NCBI GenBank assembly: GCA_003427395.1 | Contig: BFEA01000015.1 | Coordinates: 2,518,846 to 2,571,700 of the forward strand | DNA from: Chara braunii | Lineage: Eukaryota; Plantae; Charophyceae | DNA: 52,855 nucleotides | Direction: 5' to 3' | Part shown: positions 51,002 through 52,855 of the stretch, one piece after another | Position numbering within the stretch: the first letter of the stretch is position 1 | Layout of the letters: each line of letters opens with the position of its first letter | Notes under the pieces: model-generated | What the model was told of the DNA's origin: nothing | The model's input: only the letters and a program-made list of their open reading frames with translations | The model's database searches: none | Program-made: the position numbers and the translations under genes

Positions 51002-51626
51002 TGTCACAAGATAATGTCATGTCGCTAAACCACTAAAAGTGGGATGGTATCAGAGGGGGTGAATGCAGCCTAAGAATCGAAACTCCTNAGGGCAGTCACA
51101 CATGAAGGTGGGATATGTCATCAGGCTCAAGGTGGGAGAGTGGTAGCGAAACAAAACCAATGACCCTAACAGATAGACCATCAAGGCGGGTAATGCTCGA
51201 CAAAAGGGGGACACCATGCAGGGTCGACCATGAAAAGGGGGAGCCTGGAATAGGGTGGAGATATGCCTAACTGAAGGCATGCAAGGGCCGACACTAGGGT
51301 GATGAGGGCAGTGGGTGAGGGAAACATGCACACAACTCACCGACTGGGGGAGGAAGGATCTAGATCTGGGAGCAGGGAAGCCAAGATAACGCTACGGTCC
51401 CAATGCCTGTGCGATACCAAGGGAGAGCCCAACTCAAAGAGACCCAGCTAAGTGAGAACCATCATGCGACAGATGCAAGGGAATGTACAGGGTAGGGTGG
51501 TGGTGTGAAGTAGTCACGTCCAAAGTAGCTGAAGCCGATAAGGTAGCTGAAGTCGTCGAATTGGTCGATGACGTCGATGAAGTAGCAGTCGAGTCGATGT
51601 CGAAGCAGAGCCGCAAAACGCTGACA
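51002..51626 (-). mobile_element. Candidate 3' LTR of the chromovirus
   Basis: Bounded by TGTCA...TGACA inverted ends and begins ~70 nt after the pol stop codon. The partner LTR is not in the window. Confidence 0.5.
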
Positions 51627-51696
51627 TCCTGAAGAAGAGCTGATGATGGAGTACCTGATGGTGTGAGTCAGTGGGGAAAGATGGAGGATAAGAGTG

Positions 51697-52855
51697 TCAG
51701 TCATCGTACCGTGAAGGGCGACGATGAGTGCGCTGTGGACGCTCGGAGGCGACCATCTGCGGCTGAGGAACGGCCTCAAAGGGAGCGGGCTCATCCTCAG
51801 CGATCTCCTCAGCCGGAGGAGGAGGAAGAGGGTAAGTCGGCTGAGTAGAAGCAGATGTCCCAGCACGACGAGCACGATCATATGCACGCACCAACATCCT
51901 GGCGTGTTGCAAGTGCTCGAGGGGCTCCCAAGTAGCCTCCTCATCAGGGTAGCCCTTCCAACGTACAAGGTACTCGATGCGTGGAGGGGTATCGTCGGTA
52001 ACTCGGCGTGATACGATGTCGGAAACAACGAACTCCTCGTGACCGTCCACCATGATAGGTGGAGGGCGCTCATAAGGGCGTCCGGTGAAGCGCTCGGATG
52101 GTCTGCGATAAGGACGCAGCAAGGAGACGTGGTAAACATCGTGTACGCGAGCCTGTCGAAGGTAATCAGGTAGCTTCACACGGAAGCTGACCGGACTAGC
52201 GGCAGTATCAGAGCCGACGGCCTGAAGGATGCGGCATGGACCGAAGAAACTACGCCTGAACTTGCGAAGCATATCTGCTTCGAGCTGTAAGTGGAGTGCG
52301 TCGACGAGCACATCGTCACCGACTTTGAATGGATGATCCATTCGTGATCGGTTCGCTCGTGCGGCCATGCGAGTCTGGGAGTCGGCTAAACTCTCGTGTG
52401 CACGCTTCATAATCGCCGCCATGTGGGCGATCCTGTCGTCAAGCGCAGGGCAACGAGTGTCTAGGCGCAACCGCGATGGTCGTAGGAAATCCGCAGGTAC
52501 GCGAGGGTGGTGGCCGAGGTCGCAATAGAATGGCGACATCCCCGTGGCTGGCGAAACAGCGTGGTTGTACGCAATCTCCTCGTGGGCTAAGTGTAAGTCC
52601 CACTGCTGGTCATCCCTAACAAACTTTCGGAGGATATTACCGAGAGTTTTGTGGGTGACCTCAGTCTGACCATCCGTCTAAGGGTGGTAAGACGATGAGA
52701 TGCGGAGCTGGGATCCATACACCTCGTGTAGGCGTCGCCAGAATGTGCTGGTAAAGCGCGGGTCACGGTCGGAGATGATGCTCTGAGGTAAGCCGTGATC
52801 TCTCACGACTCGGTCGAAGACGATGTCGGCGACCTTACGAGCGCTAATGCGATAG
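51697..52855 (-). pseudogene. Ty3/gypsy chromovirus pol C-terminus (integrase core, GPY/F, chromodomain) with a premature stop; continues beyond the window
   Basis: HGLPQSIISDRDPRFTSTFW, SSYHP*TDGQTE (TAG at 52678-80 in place of the usual Q), AYN..TGMSPF, FFGPCRI, VHDVYHVSLLRPY, and chromodomain EFVVSDIV..YLVRWKGYPDEEATWEP. Confidence 0.93.

Noticed and set aside
51045-51055. TGGTATCAGAG primer-binding-site-like motif
   Set aside because: It is on the wrong strand for the chromovirus and is not preceded by an LTR-type CA end.

Overview
Eukaryotic, repeat-rich genomic DNA from a green plant lineage, probably a streptophyte alga such as Chara. This is inferred from the plant-type adenylosuccinate synthetase, plant-type U6, plant-mitochondrial tRNA-Cys and the microsatellite load. 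Assembly gaps lie at ~9783-9844, 15666-16110, 24015-24059 and 30660-30808. The only convincing intact host gene is an apparently intronless adenylosuccinate synthetase (minus strand, 12925-14730). The rest is a mosaic of decayed mobile elements: a near full-length L1/Tx1-like LINE carrying an antisense polyadenylated U6 retrocopy, other L1 remnants, a DIRS-like RT/RNase H remnant, a chromovirus integrase-chromodomain end with a candidate LTR, hAT-, Tc1/pogo- and TTAA-type MITEs, a ~2.1 kb foldback element, tRNA-derived SINE-like units and a mosaic mitochondrial insertion. Two structures are not explained by these annotations. (1) An array of seven hairpins (48510-49134) shares a conserved 19-nt core closed by stems that differ in sequence yet still pair; eroded homologues occur at ~5.1-5.5 kb. 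(2) A chimeric Pol III-type unit (45038-45287) consists of a tRNA-like A/B-box head, a long hairpin and the 3' half of U6 snRNA. Most short ORFs in the supplied track are microsatellite or repeat artefacts. All alignments were done by eye.
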